This document shows, piece by piece, positions 37,361-48,534 of a stretch of 64,000 nucleotides of DNA. The DNA is taken from NCBI GenBank assembly GCA_051530055.1, contig CM121343.1:2574389-2638388 (forward strand), written 5' to 3'. The DNA comes from Neoechinorhynchus agilis. Its lineage: Eukaryota; Animalia; Acanthocephala. Made by a program: the position numbers and the translations under genes. Under the pieces are notes generated by a model. The model was not told the origin of the DNA and did no database searches. It saw nothing but the letters and a program-made list of their open reading frames with translations. Positions within the stretch are counted from its first letter, which is position 1. Every line of letters begins with the position of its first letter.

Positions 37361-38804
37361 ATGAACTATCAATTTATCGTATTAAGACAACTTGGAAGAT
37401 TTACTTTGCGTCGTATAAAATGGATCGCGATATTGGCGGAACTTCTAGGCATCTTTATCATACTTTTCTATTACCAAAGGACTGATAACAGTCTAAGTTC
37501 GGAAATCAAATCCGTCCCTTCAACAAGAATAGCGTACGATTTTTTCGAGATTAATTGGTTAACGCGAAATAAATAGGCCGTCGATGAACAGATTAAGAAG
37601 GCTACTAGGATTATTGTCGAAGAGTGAAAAGAACCATTGGAGTTTTTTAGAATATCTACATACCTTCAGTTTTAACGGGCAATGTAACAAAACTCTCGAT
37701 CACATTCAAGTGCTTATGTGTGACTACTTTAACGCGAACGGGGACAGAGATACGGCACTCCGAAATGTTTTGATCGCTTTAAAGGACATTAGCTTTAAAT
37801 ACTACAATAGAAAACAGAACAAGAAAAATAATTCTGCGGTTTGTTTTCTTGTACTTTTGAAATATCGTAGTTAATTAATAGAAATATAGTCGACCGTAAA
37901 ATTCGCAATTGTGACTGCGGCAAGTGAAAATTTCATGTGGCTGCTGGACAAACATTTGCCTAACACACAAGAGGTCTTCAAAGGTCATAAAATTGTTGTT
38001 TATGATCTCGGATTATCGAATAAGTCTGTGCTAAGTGTAAGTTATTCTCCTTTTTATATAAGATCCATGAGTTATATACAAAAGCTTCAAAGTCGGAGCG
38101 TTTTCGTTGAACCTTTTCCATTTGAACATCTTCCTCCTCATTTCGCATCGTTACGGAATTATGCTTGGAAACCTGTCGTAATCCATGTAAGCTTCTAATT
38201 GAAGAAATGTTACCACTGGCATTCAAATTGTTACAGCTTGCTCTTCTAAAGTTTGGACCGGATATACTTTACGGTGACACATCTTTGTTTTATTATTGCA
38301 AAGTTGATTGGGATGCTATTGTTAATGACAATCGTAATTCTGAAGAGCATTTCTTGATGGGTAATAAGGGTGACATCCAGTCAAGAAATTCTCAGTAAGG
38401 GAAGAGGAATCGCAGCAAGGGAACTTCCTGGTCATTATGTTAATTGTTTTACAGATACTGGAACATTCGATTGGTTCGGCGACGAAGCATTAGCATTCAA
38501 TACGTCCTATGTCGCCGAGGCTGGATTCCTCATGGCATCAGATATCACTCTTACAAGAATTATACTTCTTGCATGGATAACTTGTGCTTTGGATCCACAA
38601 TGCATTTCGCCAAATACATATAACGTGAACTGTATGCAAGAACGATTTGGATACTCTCACCGATATGACCAAAGTGCACTAAGTATCATATTAACGTACT
38701 TCTTTTTTCCTTCTAAGTTATTGGAAAACACCTTTGAACCTAGTGCGTTTGACATGTACACTTCTGTTCAATACCCGGTTGCACGGGTAGATCGCTCCGG
38801 CTGA
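37361..38804 (+). CDS. Type II membrane protein with a DUF1647-like (putative glycosyltransferase) domain, about 6 exons
   Basis: N-terminal TM, VTAASEN, VYDLGL, YAWKPVVI, YGDTS, HRYDQSALSIIL; GT-AG introns at 37534-37576, 37839-37889, 38037-38084 and later. Confidence 0.8.
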
Positions 38805-38833
38805 TTTCATGTAAAAAATTCGAATGTAAGTTT

Positions 38834-40863
38834 TCTCCAATCGTTTCGTCGCGCTGAAAAGTTAAAGAAATGGTGGTCTTTGTGAGACAATTTTGTTAAT
38901 CATATCATTTAAATGGCACTACAAACGTGATACACGGGAGCTTTTAGGATATTCCTTAAGATGAAAGTATGCTCAATCTAAACGATTTTCGTTTATCCTT
39001 GGGGATCATGTGAATTTTTGCGACTTATTGCAGACATAAAGAAACATATCTACTTTGATGTTTCCCAAATCAAACTTTATCTTTTCCTCCGATGATTGAG
39101 ATGATAGAATTTATTTAAGACATATAATTTCATTGCTTCCCTTGTGCCAGCGTTCTGGCATGAGAAATTTCTATATTTAACATTGCTTTCAATTGCTGAA
39201 ATCATGATTAAAAGTCCCGTTATGAGAAAGTTCCAGATTGATCTCCAATCGTTTCGTCGCGCTGAAAAGTTAAAGAAATGGTGGTCTTTGTGAGACAATT
39301 TTGTTAATCATATCATTTAAATGGCACTACAAACGTGATACACGGGAGCTTTTAGGATATTCCTTAAGATGAAAGTATGCTCAATCTAAACGATTTTCGT
39401 TTATCCTTGGGGATCATGTGAATTTTTGCGACTTATTGCAGACATAAAGAAACATATCTACTTTGATGTTTCCCAAATCAAACTTTATCTTTTCCTCCGA
39501 TGATTGAGATGATAGAATTTATTTAAGACATATAATTTCATTGCTTCCCTTGTGCCAGCGTTCTGGCATGAGAAATTTCTATATTTAACATTGCTTTCAA
39601 TTGCTGAAATCATGATTAAAAGTCCCGTTATGAGAAAGTTCCAGATTGATCTCCAATCGTTTCGTCGCGCTGAAAAGTTAAAGAAATGGTGGTCTTTGTG
39701 AGACAATTTTGTTAATCATATCATTTAAATGGCACTACAAACGTGATACACGGGAGCTTTTAGGATATTCCTTAAGATGAAAGTATGCTCAATCTAAACG
39801 ATTTTCGTTTATCCTTGGGGATCATGTGAATTTTTGCGACTTATTGCAGACATAAAGAAACATATCTACTTTGATGTTTCCCAAATCAAACTTTATCTTT
39901 TCCTCCGATGATTGAGATGATAGAATTTATTTAAGACATAATTTCATTGCTTCCCTTGTGCCAGCGTTCTGGCATGAGAAATTTCTATATTTAACATTGC
40001 TTTCAATTGCTGAAATCATGATTAAAAGTCCCGCTATGAGAAAGTTCCAGATTGATCTCCAATCGTTTCGTCGCGCTGAAAAGTTAAAGAAATGGTGGTC
40101 TTTGTGAGACAATTTTGTTAATCATATCATTTAAATGGCACTACAAACGTGATACACGGGAGCTTTTAGGATATTCCTTAAGATGAAAGTATGCTCAATC
40201 TAAACGATTTTCGTTTATCCTTGGGGATCATGTGAATTTTTGCGACTTATTGCAGACATAAAGAAACATATCTACTTTGATGTTTCCCAAATCAAACTTT
40301 ATCTTTTCCTCCGATGATTGAGATGATAGAATTTATTTAAGACATAATTTCATTGCTTCCCTTGTGCCAGCGTTCTGGCATGAGAAATTTCTATATTTAA
40401 CATTGCTTTCAATTGCTGAAATCATGATTAAAAGTCCGTTGAAAGTTCCAGTTGATCTCCAATCGTTTCGTCGCTGAAAAGTTAAAGAAATGGTGGTCTT
40501 TGTGAGACAATTTTGTTAATCATATCATTTAAATGGCACTACAAACGTGATACACGGGAGCTTTTAGGATATTCCTTAAGATGAAAGTATGCTCAATCTA
40601 AACGATTTTCGTTTATCCTTGGGGATCATGTGAATTTTTGCGACTTATTGCAGACATAAAGAAACATATCTACTTTGATGTTTCCCAAATCAAACTTTAT
40701 CTTTTCCTCCGATGATTGAGATGATAGAATTTATTTAAGACATAATTTCATTGCTTCCCTTGTGCCAGCGTTCTGGCATGAGAAATTTCTATATTTAACA
40801 TTGCTTTCAATTGCTGAAATCATGATTAAAAGTCCCGCTATGAGAAAGTTCCAGATTGATCTC
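38834..40863. repeat. Five tandem copies of a 400-408 bp unit
   Basis: TCTCCAATCGTTTCG starts at 38834, 39242, 39650, 40056 and 40456. Confidence 0.97.
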
Positions 40864-41649
40864 AATGCACAGTAAATCCATGATATTCCAGAAAATATCA
40901 TGAGTGCTTGAAACGCCATGGTTTGAGGGTGTAATAAGATATTTTATTTAAATGATTGCGAAAAATTAATATTATCGCTTATTATGTTTTGATTATGAAT
41001 CCCATCGCGTAATACGTCTTCCACAATATTTTTTATGCTATAGAAATTCAAATTTCAACGATTGAATACCTTCTACTTTTTGAGTTCCTCTACGACTTAA
41101 CTACGAAGTTCCACGTCCTGATCGAACATTCGTAATTTCATGCCCTTCTTAATTCCATTATCCAGTAATCCAGTGGTTGAGGACTAGCCGTAGAGATGCT
41201 GGTCACCGTTAGTTTTCGACAATTGCTCACACAAGCGGATAGATTTCCACAGAAGTTTTCATGCAGCAAATGTGGTAATATTATCCATCAGAAATAGGAA
41301 TTTTTGAGAAATATGATAACCTCAATTTAACATTCTAAGCTTGGATTGCATGAGAAAATGTTAAGCCGCACAACAATTATATAGAAGCTTGCGAGTATCA
41401 TCATCGATTCTTGAATTAAAGAGTAACCTTCCTAAGCAATGAAGTTGCAAATTTACTCATTTGTTAGGCCTATAGATGATTCGATTTTTACTGAACCAGT
41501 AAATCATTTGTATTGTGCAACTCCATCATTACGTGAAATTTTCGTTTCCAAGCCAGACAAAAATATAATATATTTTTAACTATTCAAACAACCTATTTGA
41601 AGCACACTCACCACCTCCCGCCAAATTCCAGCTTTTGTCCTTCCTCGAC

Positions 41650-43097
41650 CGTCGCCATCACTGCAAGCGAGATATTTTTTTCGAAGGAATACGCCTGCTC
41701 TTGAGTCTCCGGTTGCCTCTCTCAATTTCTTCGAGAGATCCTGGAGCGGAGAGAGCGCCGAGCTGCCGAGCGCTCCATACGTCTCTACCCCAAAGGGGAC
41801 AAAATAGTGAGCCCTCGATAACTGAATATATTTCCGTATTTTCCTCCCTTCCGCTGCACTGGCGGCACCGAAATTCCGTCGGGCCTACGGCCGTCTAGTC
41901 TACAGAGGTGGGCGGGTTCCAGGATGTTCGGGAAGTTCGCCGTTCTCAACGCCCGGGAAAATGCGAATTCTAGATTAGAAATCCATGGGACACGATCTTA
42001 TTTTATTTGAATTTGGACAGTTCGATCTAAAGACTAAAGTGGTTTTCTATGACAAGAATATCATTAATTTCAAACCATCAAATAAAATCTAATCCAAACA
42101 AAGGATGTATAAAATTAACGAAAATGAATAATATTATCTCCAAGGCCGCCAATGATAACTTGGTCACTTTTTCACATCTAAGGAAACAGAGACCCTCCAA
42201 ATTAACAAATTCTCGTATGAGATTGTCAATAATCAGTGAATCGCAAGGCAACATGACCTTAAGTAAATTTTGAAAAGCAGAATTTTACAAATGTCTTGCA
42301 AATGAAAATCTAGAAAGAGATGTCGACAAAGATGGGTGGGTTCCAAGATGTTGGGTTAATTCGCCGTTCTCAACGCCGGAGAAATTAGGCTATTGATCTC
42401 AGAATGGCGTGAGAACCTTCCTCCTGACCTTCGGCAGACGAAACCGTGTCGCCCGAAAGCATCAACCAAAGACCCATATCGACAGCGATGGGGCGTGCAT
42501 ATCGGGAGACCAAGTCTTAAGGATACTGCGATCCTCGTTACCTCGTCAGTAAGAAGAGTTCCCACTGATGCCAGAGGAGCAGCCTCCAACCACGCCCCAG
42601 ATTCTCGTGTTGAAACTGCCAACAGTTTAGCTCGGACGACCCCATCGCGAGAACCTGAAAGTCGAGAGCTGTGAGCTCTCGCGACGAGAGGTCTGCCCCA
42701 GATCGACTGCCTGGGCCATTCACGGGAACATGAGCGTAGCGTCAACCAAGTACCAAGAATTGAAGCTGGATTGGAGAGAATGCGCTATTGGATTTACTGT
42801 TAGGGAGAATGCGATTGGAGCGAGAGGATCTCCTTGCTGCACTCCTATTTCGGACCAAATGAGGTGGTCTTCGAAAAGCAAAGGAGTCGCCGTCCCGTAG
42901 GCATTGAGAAAATACTGGAAGGCTTCTGGTGCGTGATCCCTAATAGAGCAGAACATGATTTCTCTATGCGTCAGCAGCGTCGATTGTAGGCGATTTGAAC
43001 ACATTGTGACGTAATTTGGAATTTCGGCAAAACCTATTCCTGAGCCTTCTTGGAGGTATAGGGCTGGGAGGTGAATCTGATCCGTCGCTATATCCAT
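41650..43097 (-). mobile_element. Rearranged CRE-like non-LTR retrotransposon (RT end, zinc motif, RLE)
   Basis: GVQQGDPLAPIAF, WYLVD (YLDD variant), GAWLEAAP...AVSLRLG...C..DAFGRHGFVC...RH, DGRRPDG, FVPFGVETYGALG...TGDSRA; a short segment is duplicated near 41910 and 42340 around an unrelated insert. Confidence 0.85.
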
Positions 43098-43501
43098 CGT
43101 CTGATTTCCTCATATTCGTTCCGCCAATTTCCATTGTTTCGCAGGATTTCTGAGTTTTAGTTGTAAATTAATCTAATCGATGTTTCGCAAGTTTGTCACT
43201 TCAGCGTTTTAAATTTAATTCTTTAATGCTGAATGGACTAACCATGTTGGAGACTACTTTCATGAAGCAATCGCTTTAATTGTATATGCATAGTTTTCTT
43301 CAAGCAATAACTAAACTAAAGTGTTCTAGTCCCATCCTTGAAATAAAGGTAGGTTCCATCAACAAATTTTGTCAAGCATGAAAGGCATATGAGTAGGATA
43401 AAACCTTACTTCATATCCGAAATTCTGTGAAACAAGCTACAAAGCATAGGAATTCGTTAAGAACGATTTGTATTCTTAACAAAAGTCTTCACATATGTAA
43501 A

Positions 43502-43719
43502 TATTCTCAATGGCGAATTGTAACACGCTCGAGTTTTATTGAACTCTTCATTGCGAATTTTCAAGGTTTCAGCCTCCTCCTCAAGCATTGTTTTCGAATA
43601 AAAATTCGATCTCGAAGTTTTATTCAAAAACAGTGCTTGAGAAGGAGGCTGAGGCCTTTAAAATTCGCCATGAAGAGTTCAATAAAACTCGAGTGTATAA
43701 CAATTCGCCATTGAGAATA
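43502..43719 (+). repeat. Fold-back inverted repeat, about 100-bp arms at about 90% identity; probable Penelope-like remnant continuing to about 43870
   Basis: Arms compared by eye; the right arm reads on into ...YNNSPLRI...YQSLPFI, resembling a PLE thumb/linker. Confidence 0.85.
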
Positions 43720-44480
43720 CATATCCACTCGAAGGAACAATTGGATAGATTATGTAAACATATTTTACGGAGACTTGTGTTAGAAGACTATCAATCACTA
43801 CCATTTATAGCCGTATCGCTGAAGGCAAATGCAATCAAACATTTTGTATTGCTTGATCAACATCATATTTAAATGAAAGCTGAATAAGGAGAAATGCTTT
43901 TACAATGATTTTAATGAATGGATGTATCGATACGGCCAGCTTGGTTCGCAAACTTTCGGCATTTTGTATTTCTAAAAACGACAATTAGATAAGTCAAATG
44001 AAATACAGAAACTCAAAATTTCACCTTGGTTGCGGCTATAACAATCGAATTCGCTGTTTTTCCGCTTTAAACAGTGATGCCAATTTAATTAACGATAAAA
44101 GTGCGAAACATTAAGTCTCGTATTATACTTTACGGTTACTTCCAAAGTTACCTAAAGTCAAAAACGTATTGTTCGAAGATGTTGGTATTAAAAAGGTAGA
44201 GGATCATTCCCCATGAACATCACAATCATTCAGTAAAAGGCAATTACTGCTTTACGGATTATACCGTTCAGCATACCAAGCTCAGCGATTTGATTGTGCT
44301 GTTTAACTTAGGAAAAATCAAGGCAGAGTTCTAACCTTCATGGACCACTAGTTCACTAAAACAAGATCAGATTTTTTAAGAAGGGTACTTTGATAATATT
44401 TTGTTAAGATTGCAGCAAGTGAAAAAATGTCATAAATCAATATGAGATGAACTGTATCTCTCAAAATCGTCACTGTAGTT

Positions 44481-45973
44481 TTAAAACAACATTTCATTTG
44501 CGTATTGGCATATCGATGCATTAAGACAATCAGTACACTTAGGTCCAATAGAACGACAAATGGTTTGTCCAAATCCAACCAATAATTTGTTTAAATCCGG
44601 CCAGTGTTGTTTTGGCAGCCATGATTCAAGTGATATTCTAGTTTCCTCTGGAATCTTGGTTTTAACCCAATTAAGTCTATTTGCGATTCTATGCACGTGA
44701 GTGTCCACCCCGATTCCAACACATTCATTCCACGCACATTGCATTGCCAGATAAGCCATTTTAGGACCAACTCCTGATAAATTCATTAATCCCTGTAAAG
44801 TGTTTGGAATATCATTGTTGTTTCCAACGACATATAATGCCATTTGTTGTGCTGCAGTCATGGACAACCTTTCATGGAATTATGCTATTTCTCGAACTTT
44901 TGAATGGCCAAATGTCAATGTGACAATTTATCGTCGAATATGATTAATGGAAATCCGGTCTATTCTACAGGGTTTAGCTTGCATCTATTGTTTTTAGCGA
45001 CATTGTCACAGTGACTTCACGAAACTAAACTTACTGGGCTAAACATTTCGAAAACTATCCGTACTATGAGAAATTTGAAGATTAATCTTAACAAATTTTA
45101 TTTCCATTTTTAAGTAAAAAGGTCCTTGAAACGAGGAAGAGACATGGTTTCCCCCCCCGTTACTGACCAAACAACATAATTTCTGTAGGACAGAAATGTT
45201 GTTGATATTGTGGCTATATTTGAACGTTTACACGATTTCTTATACCGATAATGATCATTTGAAATATTTTCAACACTTAGGTTCGTCTCATTTTTTTTAC
45301 AAAGATCCCACAAAATACATAAGAGTTGTTGTACCGTGAAAATTCGGCAATTTATATTTCGCTGTTTTTCTTCACTACATTTGAAAACTTTTAAAAATCC
45401 GATCGTCTAACCGTACGAAATTAAAAATTTCTAACCGGATTGTTCACGGATGAAATCGCTGAGGTTGTAAATTTAGCCATCATGAGAAAAAGGGAAAATT
45501 TTGAAATACATGAACTGATCGCAGCCAAGTTACTATTCTTGACTATATCTATGAAACTTATTCTTAATCCTTGACCATGTGGTTGTTCATGCTGATTTTA
45601 TGTAACGAGCTTTTCGTCGATAAAACGAAATAGGTTTCAGAATATTCTCCAATGACTTCAGGTCCATTGCTGCCATTATTTGAGGAACTAAACACTTAGC
45701 ATCATTGAGTCGACAAATTGCAGCTGAAGTATTTTCATCTCGTGTCTGACTGCTCAACATCAAACTAATTAGTGTGACAAAACGATGCTTTTTTGCAAAA
45801 TATTCGCGATCTTCTTTGGTATCTAAGTTTTTGCTCAATTCCGAACAGCCGTATGTGTCCACCGGAGCGTCTGACTTTGATCTCATTTTCTTAATATTCT
45901 CCAAGTGTTGAATCCAGTGTTCAGGCTCTATATTAGAAGGAACTGCATTTTTATATCGCCTCTTTCTCGGCAT
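44481..45973 (-). CDS. NTHL1: Endonuclease III-like DNA glycosylase; exons 45973-45592 and 44851-44481
   Basis: [30 protein letters not shown], Hh[24 protein letters not shown] and 4Fe-4S motif [17 protein letters not shown]. Confidence 0.96.
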
Positions 45974-46445
45974 CTAAAACATTAGCATGGACTTTGAATT
46001 AGATGCTATGAAAACAGTATTGAAGAAAAATCGGCAATAGTGCACGAGATTTTAAATTTAACAAGGAATTGCATTTAAAAAAGGCAATATAAATATTATG
46101 TTAAAACAAAAAATATAAATCTCGACTTTGAAATCACTAGAAATTGATTTTTATTATATTTAATCTTCCAAGATGAACTACGCCAATCTGAGTAAAATGC
46201 TAATTAGCTATAGATCGCGCATCTAAAACACTTTGAAAGCGATAATTGAGGACGAGGACGGCGAATAATTATGTTTATATCTTCAAAATAAAACCTATGA
46301 TTGTTTAAAAAAATTTAGGAAGAGGCGCATTAATTTTCGGGGCAAAATTGTGCAATTCCTTGGCTGAACATTGATTTGATCATTCTTTATTCATACATAT
46401 AACAGGAAGTCTTGGATTATTATCTTCGGGGGAAAAGATACTTAA

Positions 46446-46620
46446 TTTTGGTAATTATACACACCCGGATGTAAATTTCTAGATTTATTGCCGATATTTC
46501 GTCGTATAATTCCGACATTATCAAGACCAATCATTGTTTCGCGAGTTTGTTCGGAATTATCCGACGAAATGTCGGCAATAAATCTAGGAATTTACATCCG
46601 GGTGTGTTTAACTACCAAAA
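46446..46620 (+). repeat. Fold-back inverted repeat (arms 46446-46517 and 46548-46620) heading a degenerate GIY-YIG-like remnant
   Basis: Arms seen directly; the downstream frame PGVFNYQ...KLYIAFLSE...NQSSAIKQH resembles a decayed PLE endonuclease. Confidence 0.8.
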
Positions 46621-47984
46621 GAAAACAACAGGAAGTGTTCAGATATTTCCGTCGAAGCTTTATATCGCATTTTTATCCGAATTGTCACCGTGCGAGATAT
46701 TCATGAACCAATCGAGTGCTATAAAGCAGCATCGAATCGATTGAGAAGTACAAGACTATGAACACCACAATTCGTATGATTTAAAAAGCTGCGATTAAGT
46801 GAAAAATTAAATAATCTTAAATTAAATGTTGAAGTGACCATCATCACACGGCCGATAATTTTCGTTTGGGTCAGGGAAATGATCGAATCACTTAGACTCT
46901 GAAACATACGGTTATGAGTTTTGTACGAATCCGTCCAGATCCTCAGATATCTCCCGAGGAGGCGGAACTCATCAGTGAGTTTCCTTCCTTCAGTGGTATT
47001 TCGTTCCCAGCCGTGTAATGATGATTACTTTAACACTCGATAAAAAAGTAACCGGCTAGCCTAGTCCTAAATCTAGACACACCGATGTCAGAGGAGAACA
47101 TCTCAAGGAAATAATAAAGTTTAATTTCAATTGCAAGGAGAGGTGCTGCAATGCAGTCAATTCCAAAAATTGCGATTTAATGTCAGTTTTACTGTAATGT
47201 TTATCTCACTCATGGGACTGAATTTTGGAGCTTGTGTTCTCAAAATGGATGACCATGCAGCACCTAAACGGGCAAAATCGATTATTTAGCTTACTTTAGA
47301 ATCCACTGACTCCAGCACCAAGTGCTTGGCAAAAATAGGCCCTGGGATCAAACGAAATGCAATCAGGCCTGAATCCCATCTCACCTTCCCATGATGCCAT
47401 AAAATCACTTGATAAAGCAGTGTGGACAAGCGTTTCGAGCTCAACTCTAGACGACTTTAGCGAATGGCACCAAGACCTTCGTTCTAGAATGAAGACAGTT
47501 CTGGAACAAATTCTCGGATTTCGAGATTGTACAACTACGACCAGCTTCTAGATTGCTATAATAAATGTTCTGACGAACACGAGCTATACATTTGTTACAC
47601 ATCACAGCGATTCATACAAATATTAAGAGAATCCGGAAATATATGAAGATCTTATGCTACACAAAGACTTCTCACAGAATGACGTGAATGGATTTTAGCA
47701 TAACCGAAGCACACACCAAGTAGGCTTTCGATTTTAATGGTTAGTGATTAGCGAACTAGCGTTGCTTTCAAAAAATTTCTAGATTAAATAGAATGTGACA
47801 CTAAGAGTTCAGTAAAGTGAAAACGTTATTCTGTGTTTAATTAAGGGCTCATAATTTTTCCTTAGGCGTATACAGTCCACTGATATGGTTCAAGGAACCG
47901 TATAAAATCACTTAATACCCAGAATCATGCGGATATGAATTTGAACGTCCACCCGGATTCTCCGATAAAATACTGATGAAGGAA

Positions 47985-48402
47985 ACTCACTGATGGTCGT
48001 GCCTCCTGGACATACCTGAGAATCCGGACGGGGATGTGGTTTCCTTAAAAGCCGTGGAAAAGGTCTCACTTCAACAGAGAATAAAAGTTATCGGCTTGTA
48101 TTCGATCTCAAAGTCTGTACGAGCAGACTGATGGTCGTGCCTCCTGGACATACCTGAGAATCCGGACGGGGATGTGGTTTCCTTAAAAGCCGTGAAAAAT
48201 GCCTCACTTCAACAGAGAATAAAAGTTATCGGCTTGTATTCGATCTCAAAGTCTGTACGAGCAGACTGATGGTCGTGCCTCCTGGACATACCTGAGAATC
48301 CGGACGGGGATGTGGTTTCCTTAAAAGCCGTGGAAAATGTCTCACTTCAACAGAGAATAAAAGTTATCGGCTTGTATTCGATCTCAAAGTCTGTACGAGC
48401 AG
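47985..48402. repeat. Three tandem 140-bp units just 3' of the Sp gene
   Basis: CTGATGGTCGTGCCTCCTGGACATACC recurs three times at about 140-bp spacing. Confidence 0.95.
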
Positions 48403-48534
48403 GTGAGCATAGTGAACCCTCCTAAAATACACCCTTTTAATTATCATTGTAACCGGATAAACTTTAGGATGTATGAGTATACACACGTATATTTTGAACA
48501 TTTTGATGGACCCTCACATAACGATAGCATGCAA

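Noticed and set aside
46905-46965. SECIS element after the GIY-YIG-like remnant
   Set aside because: ATGA and AA are present but helix II cannot form.
47100-47700. Short ORFs and an ISIARRGAA CRE-like tail
   Set aside because: Too degenerate to assign.
47985-48402. Functional retrozyme array
   Set aside because: Units have CTGATGG and no correctly placed GAAA/NUH, so no complete catalytic core can be drawn.
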